Positions 9,243 to 16,345 of a DNA stretch of 52,741 nt are shown in pieces. The first letter of the stretch is position 1, and the number at the start of each line of letters is the position of its first letter. Both the position numbers and the translations under genes were made by a program. The notes under the pieces were generated by a model. That model was not told the origin of the DNA and did no database searches. It worked only from the letters and a program-made list of their open reading frames with translations. The stretch covers positions 1 to 52,741 of IMG/VR virus record IMGVR_UViG_3300031825_000389. The stretch is one strand, 5' to 3'. This stretch comes from a virus (lineage: Duplodnaviria > Caudoviricetes).

Positions 9243-9257
9243 GTACTCGATTTGTTC
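9243..9257. promoter_or_regulatory. LexA box-like site (GTAC-N7-GTTC)
   Basis: GTACtcgatttGTTC, one mismatch to alphaproteobacterial GTTC-N7-GTTC, just upstream of a minus-strand -35 TTGACT (9230-9235). Confidence 0.5.
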
Positions 9258-9288
9258 TCCATGTGGATAACCGGCTGCGAGGCAAAGA

Positions 9289-9311
9289 AAAAGGGCGCCC
9301 GAAGGCGCCCC
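9289..9311 (-). terminator. Intrinsic terminator
   Basis: AAAAGGGCGCC-CGAA-GGCGCCC; UUCG-loop hairpin plus U-run on the minus strand, downstream of 9339..9797. Confidence 0.75.
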
Positions 9312-9338
9312 GTTCGATGACCACAAGTGCAGCGGCCG

Positions 9339-9797
9339 TCAGGCTTCCTTGCCCTCCTGCGCCGCCGTCCGCTTGCTGGCCTTGGTGACGAGGCCGATGG
9401 GCGGCAGCGCGGCGCGGGGGTGTCCGTGGAACCGGCGCCAGTAGGAATACTCAACCTTCACGTTGGTGGCGTTGAGCCCCGCCGCATGCTTGCTGGCGGC
9501 CACCTCGCCAGAGGTAGGGGTGCGCCCGAGGTCGGCCATGGCCTTGTCGCACGCCTGCCACGCGAGCCAGCACAGGCCCCCGCTGGTGGGCTCCTTGATG
9601 CCGTTCTGCTCCCGGCGGATAAGCCCAGTGGCGGCCTTCAACTGCGCCTCGCGGGCCGCGTCGGCCTTAGGCTTGGGGGCGGCCTTCGGCTGCACTGTGG
9701 CCACCGACTCGCCCTTGGCCTTCGCAGGCGCCTTCACCCGAGCCTTTTCCATGGGGCTGAGATCGGCGGTGTCGGCCTTCGTCGTCTTCGCGGTCAT
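9339..9797 (-). CDS. Hypothetical phage-type protein with Lys/Ala-rich N-terminus, paralog of 1..462
   Basis: EQNGIKEP..GLCWLAW..D..LGRTP..NVKVEYSYWRRFHG. Confidence 0.8.
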   Translation of the reverse strand: MTAKTTKADTADLSPMEKARVKAPAKAKGESVATVQPKAAPKPKADAAREAQLKAATGLIRREQNGIKEPTSGGLCWLAWQACDKAMADLGRTPTSGEVAASKHAAGLNATNVKVEYSYWRRFHGHPRAALPPIGLVTKASKRTAAQEGKEA

Positions 9798-9900
9798 GTC
9801 GTGTCCCCTGTCATCGGCGCTGCATTGCGCTGTGACTACAATCTATGATTGTAATTGGGTTGCGGTCAAGCGCATTTTTGACACACTCTGATCCCTTTTT

Positions 9901-9915
9901 GTTCTATTGCCGTTC
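9901..9915. promoter_or_regulatory. LexA (SOS) box
   Basis: GTTCtattgccGTTC, an exact GTTC-N7-GTTC, upstream of the promoter of 9339..9797. Confidence 0.6.
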
Positions 9916-9986
9916 AAAACCAAGCCGTGGGCTAGGCGGGGGTTAGGCCGCCGTAACCGGGCATTTTGCTAATGATTTCAAGGGAG

Positions 9987-10033
9987 TTTGGTGGGCGCAC
10001 TAGGGCTCGAACCTAGGACCCGCTGATTAAGAG
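9987..10033. repeat. Prophage att core (47-bp direct repeat of the tRNA-Lys 3' half)
   Basis: TTTGGTGGGCGCACTAGGGCTCGAACCTAGGACCCGCTGATTAAGAG, identical to 51059-51105. Confidence 0.97.
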
Positions 10034-10180
10034 GAGTGCCACGATCTTCTACAGGAAGCAGCAGGAAGCGTCAAGAGTCTGCATCTGAACGCACTTGACG
10101 CTTGGTACCCGCTGATTTTAAGAACGCGAGGCGGCACGAAATTGCGCTGCCCTGCTTCCTATATGCTTCCTGAGATCGGC

Positions 10181-11416
10181 ATGCCCACCATCAAGTTCAC
10201 GAAGGCCTCCGTCGCCCAGCTGCGGCTGTCAGAGGGTGAGAAGGAAAAGCTGTACTTCGATTCGGCCATGCCCGGCTTTGGCCTCCGGCTCCAGGGTGGT
10301 GCCGCCCGGTGGATCGCGCAATATCGCGTCAACGGGGTGACGAAGCGCACAACCCTCGGCCGCCGGGAGACCCTCGATCTAGACAAGGCGCGCGCAGCGG
10401 CGAAGCAGGTGCTGAGCAAGGCGGGCCTCGGCGTCGACACTCAGGAGGAGAAGAAGAAGGCCCGGCGCGCAGCACAGCTTACCCTGGGTTCCGTAGTCGA
10501 CACCTACCTGGAGGCCTATGAGCCGACCGTGCGGCCGAACACTTTCCGGAACGCAAAGCTCCACCTGAAGACCCACCTCAAGCCCCTGCACGGCATGGCG
10601 CTGGACCAGATCGGCCACGGCGACATCTCAGCGCGCCTCACGGCCCTGCGCAAGGAGATCGGCACCTCGACCGGCGACCACACCCGCGTCGCCCTGTCCG
10701 GCCTCTACGGCTGGGCGATCAGCGAGGGGTTGTTGAACGACAATCCCGTCGTGCGCACCCGATCCAGCCGCCTCGTAAAGGCCAAGGCCGGCGAGAGCCC
10801 GAGCGGCGGCCGGGCGCGCACGCTCTCCGCGGCAGAGCTCGGCGAAGTGTGGCGGGCCTGCCAGGATGACGACTTCGGCCGGATCGTGCGGCTCCTCATA
10901 CTCACCCTGCAGCGGCGTGAGGAAATCGCCGCCCTTGATTGGAGCGAGGTCGACCTCGTCAAGGGCATCATCTCCCTGCCGCCGGCGCGCACCAAGAATG
11001 GGCGCGAGCACCTGGTGCCGATCTCCACCGCGGCGGCGCAGATCCTCGCCGGCGTGGAGCACCGCGACGGGCGCGACTTCCTGTTCGGCGAGGGAAAGGG
11101 ATCGTTCTCCGGCTTCTCGAAGGCGAAGCGCATGCTGGAAGAGCGGGTGCACAAGGCGCGCATCAAGGCCGACCCCGCCGCCAAGCCCATGCCGCACTGG
11201 ACGCTGCACGACCTGCGGCGCACCGGCGCGACCATGATGAACGAGAGCCCTCCCCTCGGCCTCGGGATGCAGCCGCACATCGTCGAGGCGATCCTGAACC
11301 ACGTGAGCGGCACCCGGGCCGGCGTGGCCGGCATCTACAACCGGGCGCTCTACCTCGCCGAGAAGACGGCGGCGCTGGAGGCGTGGGGGAATTTCGTCGT
11401 CAGCGAGGCACCGTGA
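10181..11416 (+). CDS. int: Tyrosine recombinase (phage integrase with N-terminal arm-binding domain)
   Basis: YFDSAMPGFGLRL arm-binding domain; catalytic R (LQRREE), HDLRRT, LNH and IYN; adjacent to att. Confidence 0.95.
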   Translation: MPTIKFTKASVAQLRLSEGEKEKLYFDSAMPGFGLRLQGGAARWIAQYRVNGVTKRTTLGRRETLDLDKARAAAKQVLSKAGLGVDTQEEKKKARRAAQLTLGSVVDTYLEAYEPTVRPNTFRNAKLHLKTHLKPLHGMALDQIGHGDISARLTALRKEIGTSTGDHTRVALSGLYGWAISEGLLNDNPVVRTRSSRLVKAKAGESPSGGRARTLSAAELGEVWRACQDDDFGRIVRLLILTLQRREEIAALDWSEVDLVKGIISLPPARTKNGREHLVPISTAAAQILAGVEHRDGRDFLFGEGKGSFSGFSKAKRMLEERVHKARIKADPAAKPMPHWTLHDLRRTGATMMNESPPLGLGMQPHIVEAILNHVSGTRAGVAGIYNRALYLAEKTAALEAWGNFVVSEAP

Positions 11417-11684
11417 ATGTGTGGCCACCGGCTGTGACTACAACGCCTTCAGGCACATCGATGCCCTGGTTGTCTTCGGCGCAGGTCGTCAGACTGGCCT
11501 CTCCCCACGGGTTATGGAGTGTGCGGCTCTCGCGCTCATACATGCGCATTGAGGCGCCCATGACATTGAACCTCGCCTCATAGCTATCGTGCGCCCGCGT
11601 CCAGCACGTGTCGGTTATCAATGTCGCCCGCCAGTCTAACTCATCGCGCTTATGCTCTATAGGGTCCAGTCGAAAGATTGGCAT
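11400..11684 (-). CDS. Hypothetical protein
   Basis: 94 aa; GGAGG RBS; convergent with int. Confidence 0.55.
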   Translation of the reverse strand: MPIFRLDPIEHKRDELDWRATLITDTCWTRAHDSYEARFNVMGASMRMYERESRTLHNPWGEASLTTCAEDNQGIDVPEGVVVTAGGHTFTVPR

Positions 11685-11768
11685 GGCACGCCCTCCCCTG
11701 TTGCCTATGTAGCACGGCCCCGCGCGCGGCGGGGCCTGGATTGATCGACAGGGTGTCGATGGTGTCGG

Positions 11769-12065
11769 TCAGGGGCTGTAGCCAAGGCCTGCCAGCAGGT
11801 CGTCCTTCAGCTTCTCGGACTTCTGCCACGCGTCGCTCACGGCATAGTGCAGGCGCTCCAGCTGGCCGGGATCGATGATGTGGCAGTGCTCCACGCCGCC
11901 CACGAGATCGGGCTTCTCCCCGGCGATCTTTCCCTCGAAAATGCCGGAGAGCAGGTCCCAGACGACGCCGGCCGCGTTCGCCGCGTCATAGAACCTGCCT
12001 TCGAGGTCATGGATGTGCTTGAGCCGATCCTCGGCCGAGAGGCCGTTCTTGCGGGGCGGGCTCAT
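11769..12065 (-). CDS. Hypothetical phage protein
   Basis: Starts MSPPRKNG with an ATGA overlap to the upstream gene. Confidence 0.65.
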   Translation of the reverse strand: MSPPRKNGLSAEDRLKHIHDLEGRFYDAANAAGVVWDLLSGIFEGKIAGEKPDLVGGVEHCHIIDPGQLERLHYAVSDAWQKSEKLKDDLLAGLGYSP

Positions 12066-12355
12066 GCGGCACCGCCTTCCTGATGGCGGGTCACGGCAAT
12101 GGCGAGGCGCTCGCGGGCATACCGCTCCGCCCGCTTCGCCTTCTCCAGCGCGTCGAACGGCGCCTTGGTAGCCACCATCATCCGTGTCCAGTCGAGAGTG
12201 TCCCGCTCGACGTGCTCGATGCCGTGCTTGTTCTTCCATGCAGTGTAGGCGCGGCTCAGGTGGATCTGTGCCTCCTTCCGCCGCAGCCCGGCCTCGTGCG
12301 CCTTGATGGCCTGCTCGGCGATAGCGAGGATCGAGGAGAGGTCAGGGATGTCCAT
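12062..12355 (-). CDS. Hypothetical phage protein
   Basis: Starts MDIPDLSS; TGATG coupling to the antirepressor. Confidence 0.7.
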   Translation of the reverse strand: MDIPDLSSILAIAEQAIKAHEAGLRRKEAQIHLSRAYTAWKNKHGIEHVERDTLDWTRMMVATKAPFDALEKAKRAERYARERLAIAVTRHQEGGAA

Positions 12356-13215
12356 CAGGCCCTCCCAGCGAGGAAGCTGCGGAGGGTCTCCACCATGGAC
12401 AACGGCCAGCGGACCTGCTGGTACATGCCCATGTTGTTGCTGAAGGCGCCGGCATCGAGCGTGCCGCCGGCATCCTTCCCTTTCTGCGTCAGGGCCCACC
12501 GGCTCTTGCCCTTGTGGGTCGGCTCCTGCATCTGGAAGCCGAGCTGCTGCAGGTGCAGGTTCACCGTCTGCGCCGAGAGGCCGTTCAGCCGCCGGCCGAT
12601 CTCGGTGGCGTTGAGCAGTATGTCGTCGGCGGTGTCGTGCAGGCGGGGAATGCCGAGGGCTTCCAGGTGGTCGAAGCCCGTGAGCCGGGTGGTGGCGAGG
12701 TTCGCAGCGATGAGGGCGCGGGAACCCTCGAATCCGGCCATCTTCATGAGCTTGAGGTTGTGCGACATGGTCAGGCGCACCTCTTTCGCGCTCGCGTCGC
12801 CAGCAGGCGGCGGGGGCGGCAGCACGACGCCGGACTTCACCATGAAGTAGGTGTCCTCCAGCTTCGAGAACACCTCCCACGCCTTCGGGCTCTCCAGCAG
12901 CTTCGCGTGGCGCAGGGCACCGGCCTCGGTCCAGAGGATGAGGCTGGGAGCGCGTGCCGCGACTACCCGGCTATTTTCCGGGTAGTCCTTGAAGGCCTTC
13001 AGCGCAGCGCCGGTCAGCTTGTGGAAGTGGTAGCCTTCCTCGAACTTGTCCGGGTTCTTGCGCTGTCCGTCGTAGATGTTGTCCGGCGTGACCCCATAGG
13101 CCTTCGCCAGCTGCTCCGTCGTCATGACGGGCTTGCCGCGGTACATGATGCGCGGATTGTCGGGGCCTTCCCCGTCACCGCCTTCGGTGGTATTAACAAG
13201 ACCGTTCATCGTCAT
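12355..13215 (-). CDS. ORF6N-domain phage antirepressor-like protein
   Basis: YRGKPVMTTEQLAKAYG..KFEEGYHFHKLTG..LILWTEAGALRHAKLLESPKAWEVF is ORF6N; C-terminal LNATEIG..SAQTVN..GFQ winged-helix-like part. Confidence 0.88.
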   Translation of the reverse strand: MTMNGLVNTTEGGDGEGPDNPRIMYRGKPVMTTEQLAKAYGVTPDNIYDGQRKNPDKFEEGYHFHKLTGAALKAFKDYPENSRVVAARAPSLILWTEAGALRHAKLLESPKAWEVFSKLEDTYFMVKSGVVLPPPPPAGDASAKEVRLTMSHNLKLMKMAGFEGSRALIAANLATTRLTGFDHLEALGIPRLHDTADDILLNATEIGRRLNGLSAQTVNLHLQQLGFQMQEPTHKGKSRWALTQKGKDAGGTLDAGAFSNNMGMYQQVRWPLSMVETLRSFLAGRA

Positions 13216-13586
13216 TCCCTCGCAGGATGATTGTGATCTCCAGGAGCGACGACGGGGCCTGCCAGGGTTTGACCGTCGTCGCTCTTCTCGTTTCCGGCCA
13301 TGGTAATGGCCGAGCCGCCATCGGTGGCAGGTATCTCACCCGCGTCCGCGGGTTTCTCACCCACGGCCCGCGTACCGGTACAGATAGCTGTTTGACTTTC
13401 CGGAAATCCGGAAAAGTCTTCCGGAATTCGAGAAACTGCGGCGCTTGCGCGATCCATCCGCTCCCGGACAGACCTGATAATCTCGCTGTTGATCGAGGCC
13501 CCGTTGCGCTCGGCTTCCGCGTCCACCCACCGTTTCAGGTCGGGCGGCAGGCGAAGCATGAAGCGGGGCCATGTAGCTTGCGTCAT
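13212..13586 (-). CDS. Arc-family RHH repressor
   Basis: RFMLRLPPDLKRWVDAEAERNGASINSEIIRSVRERM; AAGGAGG RBS. Confidence 0.9.
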   Translation of the reverse strand: MTQATWPRFMLRLPPDLKRWVDAEAERNGASINSEIIRSVRERMDRASAAVSRIPEDFSGFPESQTAICTGTRAVGEKPADAGEIPATDGGSAITMAGNEKSDDGQTLAGPVVAPGDHNHPARE

Positions 13587-13597
13587 AAACCTCCTTC

Positions 13598-13668
13598 CAC
13601 CATTTTGGTGTCGTTAACCCTAACTGACACTGTTTTAGTGTCAATCTATTTGTGACACCGTTTTGGTG
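13598..13668. promoter_or_regulatory. Three palindromic operators between divergent Arc-like genes
   Basis: CACCATTTTGGTG (13598), CACTGTTTTAGTG (13628), CACCGTTTTGGTG (13656). Confidence 0.75.
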
Positions 13669-13681
13669 CTATGCACTGTAC

Positions 13682-14116
13682 ATGGCAACGAAACCAGCGA
13701 AGAAGCCCGCCGCCCGGGCCCCGACAAAATTCGCCAAGGCAGCGAAGCAGGACGATTTCGTCCGCATCACCCTGAGGCTTCCGCCCGACCTGCACGAAGT
13801 CCTTGTTAAATCAGCGGGCGCGAGTTCGTTGAACGCTGAGATTGTTTCGCGCATAGAGCAGTCATTTTCGAGCCAGTCGCTAGAGCATCGCCTCGAACGG
13901 TTTGAGGACAACGAAAATCGACTGATGTTCTTGGTTGCGGACCTTCGCAAGTCTCAACTAACTCTTGAAAACCAAGCGCAGCAATTGGCTGATCTTGCAA
14001 CTCGGTATGCAGCAGAACGTGATGGAGAGGCCGAGAGACGACGAGAATTAGAGGATCAGCTGAAGCTCTTGCTCGACGTTCTGCGTTTTAACTCGCAGCA
14101 AGATCCCGGCACTTAA
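13682..14116 (+). CDS. Arc/Mnt-like RHH regulator with C-terminal coiled coil
   Basis: DFVRITLRLPPDLHEVLVKSAGASSLNAEIVSRIEQSF. Confidence 0.85.
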   Translation: MATKPAKKPAARAPTKFAKAAKQDDFVRITLRLPPDLHEVLVKSAGASSLNAEIVSRIEQSFSSQSLEHRLERFEDNENRLMFLVADLRKSQLTLENQAQQLADLATRYAAERDGEAERRRELEDQLKLLLDVLRFNSQQDPGT

Positions 14117-14286
14117 CGCTCCCGGGCGACGGCCTCCAGGCCCTTCTTGATCAGGAACCGGATCGTCTCGGCCTGCGTCGGCTTCCGGTGCGCGTAGCGC
14201 GCATCCTCGACCTCGGCGACCTCGGCTTCCGTCATCATGATCGTCACGCGCTTTTCGCGGGCCGGACTGGCGCGGGCTTCCTGCAC
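14113..14286 (-). CDS. Small RHH (CopG-like) protein, 57 aa, not in the ORF track
   Basis: GTG start after AGGAGG; MQEARASPAREKRVTIMMTEAEVAEVEDARYAHRKPTQAETIRFLIKKGLEAVARER. Confidence 0.75.
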   Translation of the reverse strand: MQEARASPAREKRVTIMMTEAEVAEVEDARYAHRKPTQAETIRFLIKKGLEAVARER

Positions 14287-14304
14287 TGCTTTGCCTCCTC
14301 AAAT

Positions 14305-14381
14305 CGGCACAAGTTGTGCCGGTAAGGATCAGTTAACCGGCACAAGAAGCGCCGGTCAAGCCCGATTGTGCCGCTTGTGCC
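14305..14381. promoter_or_regulatory. GGCACAA operator boxes between the second divergent RHH pair
   Basis: Perfect palindrome CGGCACAA-G-TTGTGCCG (14305-14321), CCGGCACAAGAAGCGCCGG (14337), TTGTGCC at 14366 and 14375. Confidence 0.7.
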
Positions 14382-14401
14382 TATTTTGTATGGTGCGCAG
14401 C

Positions 14402-14803
14402 ATGAGCGACGAACCCAAAGACCAGCGCATTCCAATCATGATGTCCGCCTCCGAGGTGAAGGCCATCGATGATTGGAGCTTTGAGAACCGTATCCGTACG
14501 CGAGCGGAGGCAGTTAGGCGTCTGTGCCAAATAGGTCTGATGACGAGTTCGGCTGCAAAGGATATCGCTCACCGCAGCGGCGACCTCAGCCAACTCCTTT
14601 ACATACTTGATGATGCAGAGCGCCTTCAAAGCAAGGAACATCTGATGGAGCTAAAACATCATATTCTTTCACTTATTCAATTAAATATTGGCATATTATC
14701 ATCTACCGTAATCCCGACTAAGTCGGACGACGATCTTACCGTTTCAATCAGCTTTCTCCGTCAATGGCTTAAGGGCAGAATTGAAATATCTAACTCGGAA
14801 TGA
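14402..14803 (+). CDS. RHH regulator with low-GC C-terminal extension
   Basis: KDQRIPIMMSASEVKAIDDWSFENRIRTRAEAVRRLCQIGL. Confidence 0.8.
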   Translation: MSDEPKDQRIPIMMSASEVKAIDDWSFENRIRTRAEAVRRLCQIGLMTSSAAKDIAHRSGDLSQLLYILDDAERLQSKEHLMELKHHILSLIQLNIGILSSTVIPTKSDDDLTVSISFLRQWLKGRIEISNSE

Positions 14804-15119
14804 TCAAAAGCCGCCCCTCCGGAGAGAGCGAAGCTGATCGGAAGCCGCCTACATGGACAAGCTCGGCCCTCGGGGCGAGGATCTGTGCCTCTGGCGATCC
14901 ATCATCGATGTGAGTGGAGTATGCCCTGAAAAGGCCGGCGGGCTTCTTTGCTGCCTGCTTGTCTTGAGGCGTGGGCTTGGGCGTAGGTGGCCCCGATGCT
15001 ACCCTGCGTAGCGCTGCGTTGAATTGCTCCTCGGACTCGTCGCAGCCGAGGCCGCGGGCTGCGTCAACAAACTGGCTAGCTTGACTTTTCCGTTGATCCG
15101 GACTTCCTGTTTTCAACAT
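14790..15119 (-). CDS. Small protein of the type I recall accompanying alphaproteobacterial IS1595 transposases
   Basis: QFVDAARGLGCDESEEQFNAALRRVA motif; same strand as, and downstream of, the IS1595 remnant; C-terminus uncertain. Confidence 0.5.
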   Translation of the reverse strand: MLKTGSPDQRKSQASQFVDAARGLGCDESEEQFNAALRRVASGPPTPKPTPQDKQAAKKPAGLFRAYSTHIDDGSPEAQILAPRAELVHVGGFRSASLSPEGRLLIIPS

Positions 15120-16011
15120 GGCTAAAGCGCCTCTAGACCAACCTGACTACAAATACGTCGCCTATATCGACGAGGCCGGTGATCCCGGCCTAAACCGCGT
15201 TCGCCCCATCGACCCAGTCGGGGGCACTGAGTGGATGGTAGTCGGCGCATCCCTCATCCGGAAAGAGAATGAGGCAAATCCGCCCAAATGGGTTGGTGGT
15301 ATGCTGCATGACATCGGCATTCGACAGAGGCCTGATTTGCATTTCAGAGACTTAAGTCCAACCAGACAGACGCGAATATGTAGCTTGATGGCGGCGCTTC
15401 CAGCCGTTTATTTCGTAGTGGCCTCAAATAAAAAGAATATGAGGAACTACAAAAATGAGCGCGCAGAAGCTAAGTCATATTCTCAGCAGTGGTTTTATAA
15501 TTGGCTCTGCCGCATACTTATTGAGAGAATTACGGATTTTGTCCTGCGTGATGCGCTACGCCATCATGGTCGCGCAGAAAATGTAAAATTCGAATTCTCG
15601 CAGCGCGGCGGCCACCGATATAGCCAGACCCAGGCATACCACTGGCTACTAAAGACCCAAGCCAGAACGGAAAATATGGTTCTGAAGAGAAGAATACCAA
15701 AATGGGAAGTTATGGATTATCGACTGGTGCATGTATATCAGCACAAGGAGCGCGCCGGCCTTCAACTTGCGGACGCAGTGTCTAGCGCATTTTACACTGC
15801 TATTGATAATTTGGATACAGGACCATGTTTTTATGATCCATCTAAAGCACTAAAGCCCCGGATCGCGTTCGAAAAGACAGAATTTGGAGATAAAAAAACA
15901 GACGATTACGGCGTTGTGTTACAGCCGACCCCAGCGTGCGACGTAGATATAAGCGAAGACCAGAAACATATATTCAAATATTACGGATACTATTTCAAAA
16001 AAAAGAGGTAG
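15118..16011 (+). CDS. DUF3800-family protein (predicted RNase H-like fold)
   Basis: N-terminal YVAYIDEAGDPG, LHFRDL and C-terminal GLQLADAVSSA motifs; markedly lower GC than its surroundings. Confidence 0.85.
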   Translation: MAKAPLDQPDYKYVAYIDEAGDPGLNRVRPIDPVGGTEWMVVGASLIRKENEANPPKWVGGMLHDIGIRQRPDLHFRDLSPTRQTRICSLMAALPAVYFVVASNKKNMRNYKNERAEAKSYSQQWFYNWLCRILIERITDFVLRDALRHHGRAENVKFEFSQRGGHRYSQTQAYHWLLKTQARTENMVLKRRIPKWEVMDYRLVHVYQHKERAGLQLADAVSSAFYTAIDNLDTGPCFYDPSKALKPRIAFEKTEFGDKKTDDYGVVLQPTPACDVDISEDQKHIFKYYGYYFKKKR

Positions 16012-16143
16012 GCCCCGGACACTGTTTCGTCCATTGGGATAGGCTGTTCATCTAGAGACAGCCATCAATGGATAAGGTCGCAGTCAGCGTTGGGCGAACC
16101 CAGCCCCGCAACCAGTGTTTGCCCCGGCGTTGCCTACCGTCTT
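16003..16143 (+). ncRNA. Candidate DUF3800-associated structured ncRNA
   Basis: Nested stems found by eye: AAGA-GGTAGGC/GCCTACC-g-TCTT, GGACACTG/CAGTGTTT, TCCATT-GAT-GGCTGT/ACAGCC-ATC-AATGGA, GTTGGG-CGAA-CCCAGC. Confidence 0.65.
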
Positions 16144-16167
16144 CAATGTGGCAGATTCGCGCTGCAA

Positions 16168-16194
16168 AATCAATAACTTACTAAGCTATTGATT
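16168..16194. promoter_or_regulatory. Inverted pair of IHF-consensus sites
   Basis: AATCAATAACTTA-C-TAAGCTATTGATT; both halves fit WATCAA-N4-TTR. Confidence 0.45.
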
Positions 16195-16198
16195 GGAC

Positions 16199-16345
16199 TC
16201 AAATATCCGCTTCCGCGTTAGCTCGCCGATACGTCAGGCGCTTGCTCTTCGCGCCTGTCAGAGCGTGGCTCACGCCACCCATATCGCTCACGCCCAGCGC
16301 CACGCGGTTGTTGTACCGGAAATCAAACTCGGCAAGGTAGCGATG
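16199..16345 (-). pseudogene. IS1595-family transposase C-terminal remnant
   Basis: HRYLAEFDFRYNNRVALGVSD..ALTGAKSKRLTYR is the IS1595 C-terminal signature; no upstream DDE or Zn-ribbon part. Confidence 0.85.

Larger units (their letters stand above)
1..9986. mobile_element. Right part of a phage-satellite/PICI-like integrative element in tandem with the prophage; left end and integrase are outside the window
   Basis: Lies beyond the tRNA-3'-end repeat at 9987. Contains AlpA, DUF3987-like helicase, TerS-like and small phage-type genes, with no recognisable capsid, tail or housekeeping genes. Confidence 0.65.

Noticed and set aside
9987-10033. Second tRNA gene
   Set aside because: Only the 3' half up to the anticodon loop is present; it is the att duplication.
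13397-13432. TCCGGAA repeats in the Arc-like gene tail
   Set aside because: Short, inside coding sequence, with no supporting context.
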